A stretch of 63,263 nt of DNA, filler included, from Octopus bimaculoides (Eukaryota), in the NCBI RefSeq assembly GCF_001194135.2. It is 7 parts of 6 records of this genome, joined end to end, with 100 filler letters (N's around TTAATTAATTAA, not from the genome) between each part and the next. Parts side by side here need not be neighbours in the genome. Positions count along the whole stretch, not along the records: positions 45,946 to 52,714 come from NC_068981.1; positions 52,815 to 63,263 come from NC_068992.1; 5 more parts are not named here. One strand, written 5' to 3'. This document shows positions 52,401 to 63,263 of this stretch, piece after piece (the stretch's first letter is position 1; every line of letters starts with the position of its first letter). The notes below the pieces were generated by a model that was not told the DNA's origin, did no database searches, and saw only the letters and a program-made list of their open reading frames with translations. The translations under genes were made by a program, and so were the position numbers.

Positions 52401-52814
52401 AAACATATTTATATATGTGTATGTATGTATTTACACACACACATTTTATTTCATGTATATGTGTACATAAAATATGCATATATATATGTGTATATTCACA
52501 AATTTGTCCTAAACATCTAAGCTGGTTTTCAGACGTTTAGTTAGCCCTTGTTTCATACGTTCTGAGTAATATAACGCTTTCCTTTCATAAATCCCGAGTT
52601 ACTCTGCTGGTTGAAAAAAAAAAAATTGAGAATGTGAATCATATACGATGCATGGACGCCAGGGAAATATGTTCTGCGCATCCCATATGATGCATAGGAC
52701 AAATTGTTAACACANNNNNNNNNNNNNNNNNNNNNNNNNNNNNNNNNNNNNNNNNNNNTTAATTAATTAANNNNNNNNNNNNNNNNNNNNNNNNNNNNNN
52801 NNNNNNNNNNNNNN

Positions 52815-52896
<82 letters not shown>

Positions 52897-52961
52897 ATGA
52901 AATAAAAAAGGAAGAAAGAAAGAAATTAAATTAAAGAAAAAGAATAAAAGAAGCTAGCATA

Positions 52962-53550
52962 GGTTTATATAGGGGCGATTGCCTGGGAGTAGTACGCAAT
53001 AAAAACGGACATGATACGGATAGAACAATGAAATAATTATGCAAAATATTTAGCCAATTTGGCTTAAGAACCACAATTAGTACAAACCTTAAAGAAGTCA
53101 ACTGCCTCGACATTAACATGAATCTTAACACAGGAAAATTTAAACCCTACCACAAACAAAGCGAGGAAGCCTCGTACATAGATATAGGTTCCAACCACCC
53201 ACCAGCTGTAATGAAATAAATGGTTAACAACATTAACAGGCGTGTCTCCAATTAATCTGTTGACTTTTGAAAAAGCAGCTCCATATTATAATGCCGCATT
53301 AGAAAGGTCTAACTTCAAGAATAGCATTTACTGCATTGAACCAAATGTAAATAGACTAAGAAGACGCAGACAGAAGAAAACTTTATAGTTCAACCCACCT
53401 TATAGCATGAATGTAGCTACTAACATAGCTAGGAAATTCTTAGAACTAATAGACAACCACTTTTCACATTCACACAAATACCACAAGAACTTTAACAGAA
53501 ATTCAGTTAAAGTTAGCTATAGTTGCCTCCCCAATATAGGGTCAATAACA
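52962..53550 (+). mobile_element. Penelope-like element RT/thumb fragment
   Basis: 'GLYRGDCL' (degenerate YxDD), 'GSNHPPAV', and 'FNPPYSMNVATNIARKFLELIDNHF...FNRNSVKVSYSCLPN'. Confidence 0.85.
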
Positions 53551-54717
53551 TTCAATCAAACTATCTATGTATCTATCAATCTATCTGCCTGGCTACATTG
53601 TATTTGTCCCATCTTCGTTGAGCCCTGTGTGGCTAATAAAAGAAATGTATCTGCCTGTCTGTGTATCTATCGCTCTGTCTGTCAAGCAAACTACATTTCT
53701 ATCTATGAAGCTAGGTATGTATGTATATATATTTATCTATATAACCAACTATCAAGTGAAGCACACAGTTTTTATAAAGGTGCGTTTTGATCCTTAATAA
53801 CGGTGTTTTTTGCCCTTATCAACATTGTTTTTGTCTTAAACAATGTATTTTGAGATTTTTTAAACGAAACTTTTTTATCTTAATTCAAGAGACTAAATAT
53901 ATACAATATATCGCACACAATAAAGACGATCTTTGAGACTCGGTTATAACAATAGTTCTCTGTTATTTTTATTACAGTCACACATATATAGAACTAATTT
54001 CTTCAAGTTTCCTTAACCCCCATCTTATATTTCCTATTTGTTTAATAAACAAATAACACGTAACACACAACATTTTCGCTTAATGGACTGCTGTTAAGAT
54101 AATTTCTTACACATGCAATAAATATGTTCTGTTACCATGGACGGCTGGATACGTTTTACTCCTGTTATTTTATATATTTTTATTGTTAATATTTTTTCCC
54201 ATTATTTCTATATGTTTCTCGAAAAGTGCTTAAATAAAATCTTTATGAAACTATATTTATATTTTGTATAATGGGTTTATGTTATAAAATAAGTTATCGC
54301 ATATGTATTGATATTATATTACCGATTTGTTTTCTGTGGCTGACCGAATAAGTTTATAAAAACATCACTCTTTCGTTTTATAACTTTTCAGAGAAACGTT
54401 TGCTTGAGATGTGTTTGACAATATTCTTTTGTATTATTGAATTCTAATATTAACACAAGTCCTCGGCATTTTTGTGGTGGACGTAGATCAAAATCATGCC
54501 AGCTATTTACAAACCCGTCTTTTTCAGGCTCTCCAGGTCTACATAACATCAAATATGTGTATACCCTTCTTAGCTCAAGACTGTCGAGGTTTCATTTCAG
54601 AAAGATCTGGATATTTCCGCCTGCACGTCGTGCAATCGCGTCGGAGCCTTAGACGTTAACTCGTTCTTGTGGTTGCTGTCAGTTTAGCAGCGTTACGATA
54701 TTTGACCGTATGCTAAG

Positions 54718-54718
<1 letters not shown>

Positions 54719-54782
<64 letters not shown>

Positions 54783-54941
54783 TGCTGTTGTTGTTGCTGT
54801 TGTTGTTGTTGTTGTTGTCGTAGCGGTGATGATGGTGGTAGTAGTGGTGGTAGTTCTATTTGTAGCTGGTTTTGTTTACATTGTAGCAACTGAAATCATA
54901 GTTGTAGAAGTAGTAGCAATATTGGTGGAAGCGGCAGCAGC

Positions 54942-54988
<47 letters not shown>

Positions 54989-55010
54989 CGGGGGGTGTCT
55001 TTGTTTTTAT

Positions 55011-55053
<43 letters not shown>

Positions 55054-55075
55054 CGGGGGGTGTTTTTGTTTTTAT

Positions 55076-55114
<39 letters not shown>

Positions 55115-55174
55115 NNNNNNNNNNNNNNNNNNNNNNNNNNNNNNNNNNNNNNNNNNNNNNNNNNNTGTTTTTAT

Positions 55175-55226
<52 letters not shown>
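54719..55226 (+). repeat. (AGT)n arrays with a duplicated 'ggcggggg.gt.tt.gtttttatgt' spacer
   Basis: Directly visible repeat. The spacer recurs at about 54986 and 55052. Confidence 0.85.
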
Positions 55227-55877
55227 GCATTGTTATTGCAGCGTTGTGTTGCTGAAGTGTCATGTACTTGAGGAATAAGATATACCATGGCTACCCTCTT
55301 GAGTAGGGAACGAAAGTGCTGGAGTGTGTGTAGTGTACTAGTGTATGGTGTGTGTGCGTGAGTTGTGTGTGTTTGGTGTGTGTGCGTGCGTATAATACGT
55401 GTGAGTGTGATATTTGTGTAAGGTGTGTGTATGGGATAGAGAGAGAGTAAGAAGGAAGAGAGAGAAAGGAGAGAAGGTAAAAGAGAGAAAATAAAGAGAG
55501 CGAGAGGGGAAGAGAGAGTGAAAGAAAGAGCGGGGGGGATTGAAAGAAAGGGACAGAAAGAGAGAGAGAGGGACATACAAAGAGGAGGGAAGAGAGAGAG
55601 AGAGCGAGAGGAAGAGAAATAATGGAAGAAAAGGAGTGAGAGAAAGAGAGAGAGAGAGAGAGAGCTCGTGAGAGGGGGAAGAATGAAGGAAAGAGAGGGA
55701 TGGGAAGAATAAGAGGAAAAGAGATATTGAGAGAAAGGGGGAGGTGAAAGAAAGAGAAGGAATAAGAGAGAGAAAAAGAGAGAGTAAGGGAAAGAGCGAG
55801 TGATAGAAAGAGAGAGAATCAGAGAAAGAGAGAGAATGAATGGCTTAGAAACAGAAAGAGTAAAGGGGAAGAATGAG

Positions 55878-55910
55878 CAGAAGAAGAAGAAGAAGAAGAA
55901 GAAGAAGAAG

Positions 55911-55942
<32 letters not shown>

Positions 55943-56063
55943 GAAGAAGAAGAAGAAGAAGAAGAAGAAGAAGAAGAAGAAGAAGGAGGAGGAGAAGAAG
56001 AAGAAGAAGAAGAAGAAGAAGAAGAAGAAGAAGAAGAAGAAGAAAAAGAAGAAGAAGAAGAAA
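55878..56063 (+). repeat. (AAG)n microsatellite
   Basis: Nearly pure AAG array. It explains the poly-Arg ORF at 55873-56070. Confidence 0.95.
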
Positions 56064-56669
56064 GAGATAATGAATATTCGTAAATTTTTGTAATTCCGTT
56101 AATTATGTTTTCAAGACTATAGAGCGAAGTTTGAAGGAGATTTGGCTGGTATTTCTAGTAGATCGTGTGACCATGGGTTATAAGAGAGNNNNNNNNNNNN
56201 NNNNNNNNNNNNNNNNNNNNNNNNNNNNNNNNNNNNNNNNNNNNNNNNNNNNNNNNNNNNNNNNNNNNNNNNNNNNNNNNNNNNNNNNNNAGAGAGAGAG
56301 GGAGAGAGGGAGAGAGAGAGGGAGAGAGGGAGAGAGAGACTGTGACCTTCTTGCCGTTTCTGTTCGAATTAGTGATGCAAAATGGATTGAAAATGGTTTA
56401 TATCAACAACTGAAATCATTTGAAAACTTATCTTGCTGGGATTGGAATCTCTTTTCTGTTCAGTAAGAAAAGAAAACAGCCCTGAAATGGTTATTAAAAC
56501 AAGGAGATAAAGTTTCATTTGTGCGTTTAATTCGCAAGTTTCTCGGTAGGGGATTCTATAATGAAATAAATTACAGTTCTACGTTTTGGGAGCGTGGTGG
56601 TCATTCTGCCAAATAAAATACGTTCGTTGATTGTAGTTTACTTCCTGAATTAGTCAATTATTGGTTTTA

Positions 56670-57590
56670 AGCAAATGAGACTGCAGCTGCAACTGCACAA
56701 ACATGGCTATATGTCAATGCTCGTAAGACCAAATACAGGGGTTATAATGTAACAGGTGGTGTCTGTACCTTGAATGGACCCAATCTAATGATGGTTGATG
56801 ACTTACCTACATGAGAAGTAACATTGTTTCGAATGAAAAGGATGTCCAGGTAAAGATTGCAAAGGGAGGGAATGCCTAGACAGACTGTTGGCGAATTTCA
56901 GAAAGTATGGATGTTTTGAAGAGTGTAGTGTCCCGACAGCTAACGACTAAAGCGGGCGGTTTATTCAGAATTATATGGAAGTCCTCCTTTCCGGACTATA
57001 TGAAGAAAGATTCCTTCAAAGCAGCTGTAGAATCAATATTTTTCTAAGGCTTTTCATCATTAGCATTGATTAAGACTTAAGCAGAAGCTTTGCGGTGCGT
57101 GCACAGAATTGCTTCGTGCAGTTCTTAATCTGTTTTGGCAGCAACACCCTACAAAACAGAGACGTAATGGCACTCTTCTTACCATAACTTCGGTAACCAG
57201 AACAAATCCTGCAAGAGACTGCTGGAGAAACGAGGACAAAATATCCAGCGATCCCCTTTTCTGGAAACAGTACCTAGACTTCATTATATAGAATACCACT
57301 CATTTGCCTTAAGTCAATAGATTGTGGTTTAATTAAATTACTCAACCTGCTATTTGTAGCAGGTCAACCAATCGCTTAGAAGCTCTTTTGTTGTTACAGT
57401 GTTGACACTGCTGTTGTTGTTAAACCCTTGGTCAGCCCTGCTAGAATGGAACTATAATTACACGTATCAGCAGATCAAGAAGAACATATATCGATCAACT
57501 AGTGGAAGACACCGGGTATCAAGCTGAAAATATGAAGACTGTTATGGAAGATCATCTAGCATGGAAGAGTTGCATTGATTTGGGTAAGTT
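56670..57590 (+). mobile_element. Highly decayed RTE-clade LINE fragment
   Basis: 'LYVNARKTKY', 'FKAAVESIFL', 'LLRAVLNLFWQQHPTK' and 'MEDHLAW'. Homologous to 12988-14232. Confidence 0.75.
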
Positions 57591-58636
57591 GCCCGACCGG
57601 ATATATAGGGTTTTATAAGTTATTCAATTATTGATTGGATTAACCTTCTCAATGTCCTCTACTTCTACAATTCTGTTGCTGAAAATAGTAGAATGACCTT
57701 CCCAACAAGAAGCAATGTTAAATTCAAGATTTTTTTTTTCTTCTGTAACATATCTAACATTTTTTCCCCTGAAATTTCAATTTCCTCCATGTGTGGAGAA
57801 GTGAAACTGAAAGACTTCTTTTGAGAAAAAGAAAACATGTTGAATACTTTAAAGTGAAAGCAGATGATAACAGTTTCCTCCCTCAACTACTCTCTATAAA
57901 TAGAGGTGAAAAAAATTCATAAAATATCAGACCTCTTTGATTTCCTTTAAACATTTTAAGCCTTGACTTAAAAAAACAAAACATAACCGAACCGGCAGGG
58001 AGGAAGCCACTAAGTAGTCATTCAAGCTGCAAGAAATAGCAGCTAAAATCCCTTAACTTATACTCTAACATCCTTGAGAGAAAAAGCGAGACATAATAGA
58101 ATAATAATGTAGACTTAACTAAATTATATCTGAAAATAAAGATGGGGTGATGTGACAGAAACACCTTTGGTTATAGTTCCATTTTACCAGGGTTGGCCAA
58201 GGGCTATACAACAACAATAACAACAATATAACAATAAAGAGGCTTCTAAGTGATTGCTTGACCTGCTAGAAATAGTAGGTTGAGTGATTTAAGCCACAAT
58301 CTATTGACTTAAGAAAAAGGAATGGCACTTTTCATAATGAAGTCCAAGGTAAACTACGATTATGAAAATGACGGGATAGTCATAGCCTGATTGCCCTTCA
58401 TCGTGAGAGTACTTGGTGAAGATTGTTCTGGGTTTAAGCAGCAAAAACAGCAATAACACAATAGCAACGACAACAAGAACAATACCAGCAACAACAGAAA
58501 TAGCTGCAATAAAACAACAGTAGCAGGAACAAGAAGAACAGTAGGAACAACAACAACAACAACAGCAGAAAAAGCAGCAACAACAGAAACGATAACAGCA
58601 GCAGCAGCAACCACGAGAGCAAAAGTAACAGCAACA

Positions 58637-59028
58637 GTTGTTGTTGGCACTCCGTCGCTTACGACGTCGAGGGTCCCAGTTGATCCGATCGACGGAACAG
58701 CCTGCTCGTAAAATTAACGTGCAAGTGGCTGAGCACTCCACAGACACGTGTACCCCTTAACGTAGTTCTCGGGGATATTCGGCGTGACACAGAGCGTGAC
58801 AAGGCTGGCCTCTTTGAAATACAGGCACAACAGAAACAGGGAGTGCGAGAGAGAGAAAGTTGTGGTGAAAGAGTACAGCAGGGTTCGCCACCATGCCCCT
58901 GCCGGAGCCTCGTGGAGCTTTTAGGTGTTTTCGCGCAATAAACACTCACAACGCCCGGTCTGGGAATCGAAACCGCGATCCTATGACCGCGAGTCCGCTG
59001 CCCTAACCACTGGGCCATTGCTCCTCCA
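58637..59028 (-). mobile_element. Full-length SINE family C (about 390 bp), tRNA-derived head, (AAC)n tail
   Basis: A-box tggcccagtgg and B-box ggtttcgattccc; ends 'gacggagtgccaacaacaac'. Partial copies at about 20718-20905 and 26505-26775, with related heads at about 15269 and 60830-60962. Confidence 0.88.
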
Positions 59029-59402
59029 CAANNNNNNNNNNGGTAACAATTACGAATGAAAACAAATAGTTTGAGAATTAATATTTCTGTTTCCATACTT
59101 CAAAAAACAAGAGCATTTTTTCTAGTTTTATTTCTGTGTTTTATTTTTTAATTTTTCCAAACCTTTATTTGGAAATGAAAAATAAATAATTTTTTCATGA
59201 GGAGAATGAAGAAAAAAAAAACAATTACAATGCAACCGGTAATAAATGGGGGTTTTTTAAATGTGTTGTGACGTTTTTTTTTCCTGTTTTTTTTTTGTTT
59301 TTTTTTTTAATTAAAAAAAATGTTTTTAATTTATAAGTTGAACAAGCTTTCATGTGTCAAACTGAAAGTTTTGGAGTTGTAAAGACGAAAAGTTGAAGTA
59401 GA

Positions 59403-59456
59403 CATCGTTCAAATAATTCATCGTTCAAATAATTCATCGTTCAAATAATTCATCGT
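59403..59456 (+). repeat. 16-bp tandem repeat (CATCGTTCAAATAATT), 3.4 copies
   Basis: Three perfect units plus CATCGT. Confidence 0.95.
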
Positions 59457-59787
59457 CCGCTTAGTCAGCTCACTAAATTTATATAGAGTAAGCAGACTTA
59501 TAGTGAGTATAGAGTATACATAAAGTGTTTATACAGAGTATAAGATATTCAGTTACTGACAATGATTTCAACAACAGTCGTTGTAACTAGTCGACTAGCC
59601 ACATCCTCTTAAAATTGATGACCTTGTGCTAATTATTAAATTATACTCCCCAGGATTTTTGTTGTTCAATTTTTCTTGTTAATTGTTATTATTATTCATT
59701 GTATACTCGTCGTCGTTTAACACACCACTTGTCCCTTGCATTGTCCCTATTTGTTTTGTGTTCGGCCTGCCTGGCCAAAAAAGAAAC

Positions 59788-59847
<60 letters not shown>

Positions 59848-60326
59848 CATTCTCATTACCATCTTCTTTCAATTCTATTTCCATTTCTTGCCGAGTGTCT
59901 TCCTGACACCTAGGGCAGAGAAACGTACTTTATACATTGGTGGGCCATTATTATTGTTGTTGTTGTTGCTGTTGTTGTTATTACTTGGTCGTTTTCCATC
60001 GCTACGCTGCCGGTAAAAATATTTGTTAATCATGGACGTACCTTCATCAAGTGTTCAAATCGAAAGTCTTTTTTAAAAGTTTATGTCTACGTTACGTTGT
60101 CTATATGTCGAAAGACATAAAGAAACACACACACACAAACACACACGTACACACATACACACACACAAACAAACAAACAGCAGGCAGCGGCAAAAATAAC
60201 TAGACTTTTAGTGTCAGTGCTGCGTTGTGTTGACAGGCTTGCACTTAAAATTCCTGCGTTTTTAATCAAAACTTGTTGGATACTAAGATGACAACACTAA
60301 CTACTTATCTATCTTTCGCACGCACA

Positions 60327-60387
<61 letters not shown>

Positions 60388-60416
60388 NNNNNNNNNNCTC
60401 TCTTTCTCTCTCTCTT

Positions 60417-60471
<55 letters not shown>

Positions 60472-61334
60472 GTATTTCTCTCTCACCAACAGAAAGAGAG
60501 AAAAAAGTGTGTGTGTTTGTAAAAGTAAAGTAAAGGAACAGAACAAAGAGTAGGACAAAGTTACGAAAGAGATACAGAAAAAAAGCAGAAAGTAAGAGTG
60601 AGAGGAAGCTTGTACTTAATAGAGAGGAAGAAAGAGTAATAGAGTGATATAGTGAAGTAGAAAGTCTGAGAGAAAGAGAGCGACGAAGAGAATGAAGGAT
60701 TGTCATAGAAAGTACAAACGAGATATTAATATTATAATACAAAGATTCTTTCGGAGTCATAGAGACTCATTGAGCCGGTTTCCTGGTTTCCAAGATGCAT
60801 ATATTTCGCAGGGTTACTTGTTTTTGCTAGCAGAATGAACTGGAGCAAGATCAAATGAAGTTTTTTGCTGAAGAATACAACACGTCGCTCGGTCCAAGAA
60901 TCGAAACCACAATTTTACGATCAGGAGCCCAACGCTTTAACCATCGAGTCACGCGCCTCCACAAAACGAGATCTTAGTTGAGTATTAACCAGCAACTTTT
61001 CATAGAAATTTTGGTCTCCAAGAGAATCTATAAGTACTAACACTATCTTTAAAATAGCATCTTAACACTATGATGTGTTGTGTTGATTTGTTAGACTTCT
61101 GTTGGTATGTGCGTACATACACTGATACAGATAGCTTTCAGAACAAGTTCCATCGATCCATAAGTTTCTTCCATACCGACAACATGACTCACAGGAATGG
61201 AAGGTTTTTCATTACCATTATGTAACAACACTGGGTTCTTGAATTCGTTTCTAATGTGTCAACAAAAATACGCTTACAGTAATAAAACTATATATTTTCT
61301 TTACATATATGTATATGCACACACAAACACACAA

Positions 61335-61367
<33 letters not shown>

Positions 61368-61854
61368 CGATATTGTGTGTGTGTGTGTCTGTACGTGTCT
61401 GTGTGCGTGCGTGCGTGTGTGAAAGCATAGGTCTATCATACCACTTAAAAGTAACTTACTCCCCTTCCCTCTGAACTCTTTAGGCAAAAACCCACTTCTT
61501 CCGTTTATTTACTTGGGTTAGAGACTAAGTATCGATAATATACCACGGTTTATTTTTCTTTCTTGTCATTTCCAAATAGAAACGAACATTTGTTTACGCT
61601 TTACATTAGTAATCTTATTCCATTATGCAATTGCACAATAACAGACCTACTTTCTCGAGTAAATTGCGTATTTTCCATTTTTTGCATTTTTATATTTTTC
61701 GTCTCAAAGCTACCCCTCAAACTCTCCATTTTAGTCTCTCCTCCATTTCCTGTTCCCTCTCTCTTCTTTTTCTCCTTTGCGTTTCTAAGAAAGACTAGAC
61801 AAGACTTCACTAACTTATTCCCTGTATATCTATATCTCTCCTTCACTGTTTTTC

Positions 61855-61944
<90 letters not shown>

Positions 61945-62282
61945 TCTCTCTCTTACGTGCACGCAATCACCCCCTCTGTACTCTCTTTCCTAACTCGCTA
62001 CTTACCTTTTCTCTCGCATTTCTTTTCCATCGATTTCCAAACACACCTCGCGATCAGTTCAAATTTGAAATTATCATTTGAAATTCTACTGTTACTTAAT
62101 TACTCGACGCTTTAGAAAGGAACTCTAACTTAGAATGGCTCCGCTTAACATTTGATATATATATATAAGTATAAGGTGTGTTATGGGCATTTATAGAACA
62201 CGTATCCTATATAAACTCAACAAACAATTAAAGATGAAGAAGTGATGTTAAAATTTTATAAAATTTTAATCCATGCATACGG

Positions 62283-62582
62283 TCGTTTCAAATGGTAACA
62301 CCAACATGTAAGAAACATAGAAAAATTAAATTAGTTATAATTATAATTAAATTAAATTAATTACATATTACCATTCTCCTCGGTGCAAAAAGAAGAATAC
62401 ATCAGAAAGGTAGTATCAGAAGAATATTATGTTGTTACAGGAGACGACATGGAGTCTGTGTCACAAAACTCATTCGGATATTCATAAAATGATTATGAAA
62501 GATGAAAGATAAAAACATGCTTAGGTAATGTTGAGTCTAGTTGTGTAAGAACTAATACATGTTGGTGTTACCATTTGAAACG

Positions 62583-62583
<1 letters not shown>
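62283..62583. mobile_element. MITE with perfect 28-bp terminal inverted repeats (Tc1/mariner-like)
   Basis: TCGTTTCAAATGGTAACACCAACATGTA (62283-62310) and its exact reverse complement (62556-62583). Abuts a (TA)n tract. Confidence 0.8.
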
Positions 62584-62622
<39 letters not shown>

Positions 62623-62968
62623 TATATATATATATATATATATAAGGATTTACTTTTCGTAATGAGATAAAAAACCAAAGCTGTGTATAATATAGAACAT
62701 TTATAAATAGAAGGTCTTACAGCTGTTTCCAGGATATTTGTTGTAACCCTTCGCCGGAGACGGTGTGAGAGGATGATTAAGCAATAGTCAGTTTAGTTAA
62801 GATAGGAAATAGAGAGTGAATGTAGGGATATTGTATTTGTAAATCCATTGTTTAGGCAGAATGGTATACATATTAGATTCCAATACCTTGTGAGTAAAAT
62901 CCAATTGTCTATAAGATTGGCCATTGCCTTTGTAAATCCATTATGAAGATTCCAATACCCTATACCTG

Positions 62969-63018
<50 letters not shown>

Positions 63019-63263
63019 CTGCTTCTCATTCTTCTCTCCCTCTGATTTGCACTTTCTATTTCCTATCTTCAGAATAGGTGTTTAAACGAACAGGCTAGTC
63101 AGTTTATTACGTCAGTGGTCACTTTTACAGACGGTGTGAGCTCCACATTCTCTGACAAAACGAGAATTGCTACTTAACTTTTCATTTCTATTAAATTATA
63201 TAGCTCTTTCGTATTTCATGCTTGCTTGAAAATTATATAATGTCCCTAAGCAATCCAATCAAA

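Noticed and set aside
54437-54720. CpG-containing stretch with overlapping short ORFs and a hydrophobic end
   Set aside because: No consistent exon boundaries or recognisable motif.
57640-57775. Possible minus-strand exon ('NVRYVTEEKKNLEFNIASCWEGH...')
   Set aside because: No known motif and no partner exons.
58960-59028. tRNA-like A/B boxes as functional tRNA genes (also 20718, 15269, 23080)
   Set aside because: They continue into SINE bodies and lack a complete cloverleaf.

Overview
AT-rich, microsatellite-dense eukaryotic draft-genome DNA with many N-gaps. The SINE/LINE families and repeat make-up resemble what I recall of octopus (cephalopod) genomes; this is an inference, not a search result. 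One complete protein-coding region is visible: a 221-aa omega-like glutathione S-transferase with an intron-free CDS (8594-9259, minus). Three phase-compatible plus-strand exons (18248-18359, 18787-18997, 20447-20645) end in 'EKMQHPDGK', matching the start of the CENPJ/SAS-4 G-box, but they sit on an isolated 2.8-kb contig. There is also one orphan Ig-like exon candidate (37039-37152). The rest is mostly decayed mobile DNA: a hAT transposase split by a solo LTR, two gag/ORF1-like zinc-knuckle fragments, two CRE-type 3' ends, RTE, CR1/L2-group and Penelope-like retroelements, mariner fragments, hAT/mariner MITEs, two Helitron 3' ends and three SINE families. A truncated tRNA-Gly and a CpG-rich promoter-like island are also present. 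Six 100-bp gaps carry an artificial TTAATTAATTAA linker, so contig order is uncertain. I found no multi-gene novel system. The best leads are the atypical GST bracketed by a Helitron end and a hAT element, and a SINE-LINE shared 3' tail.
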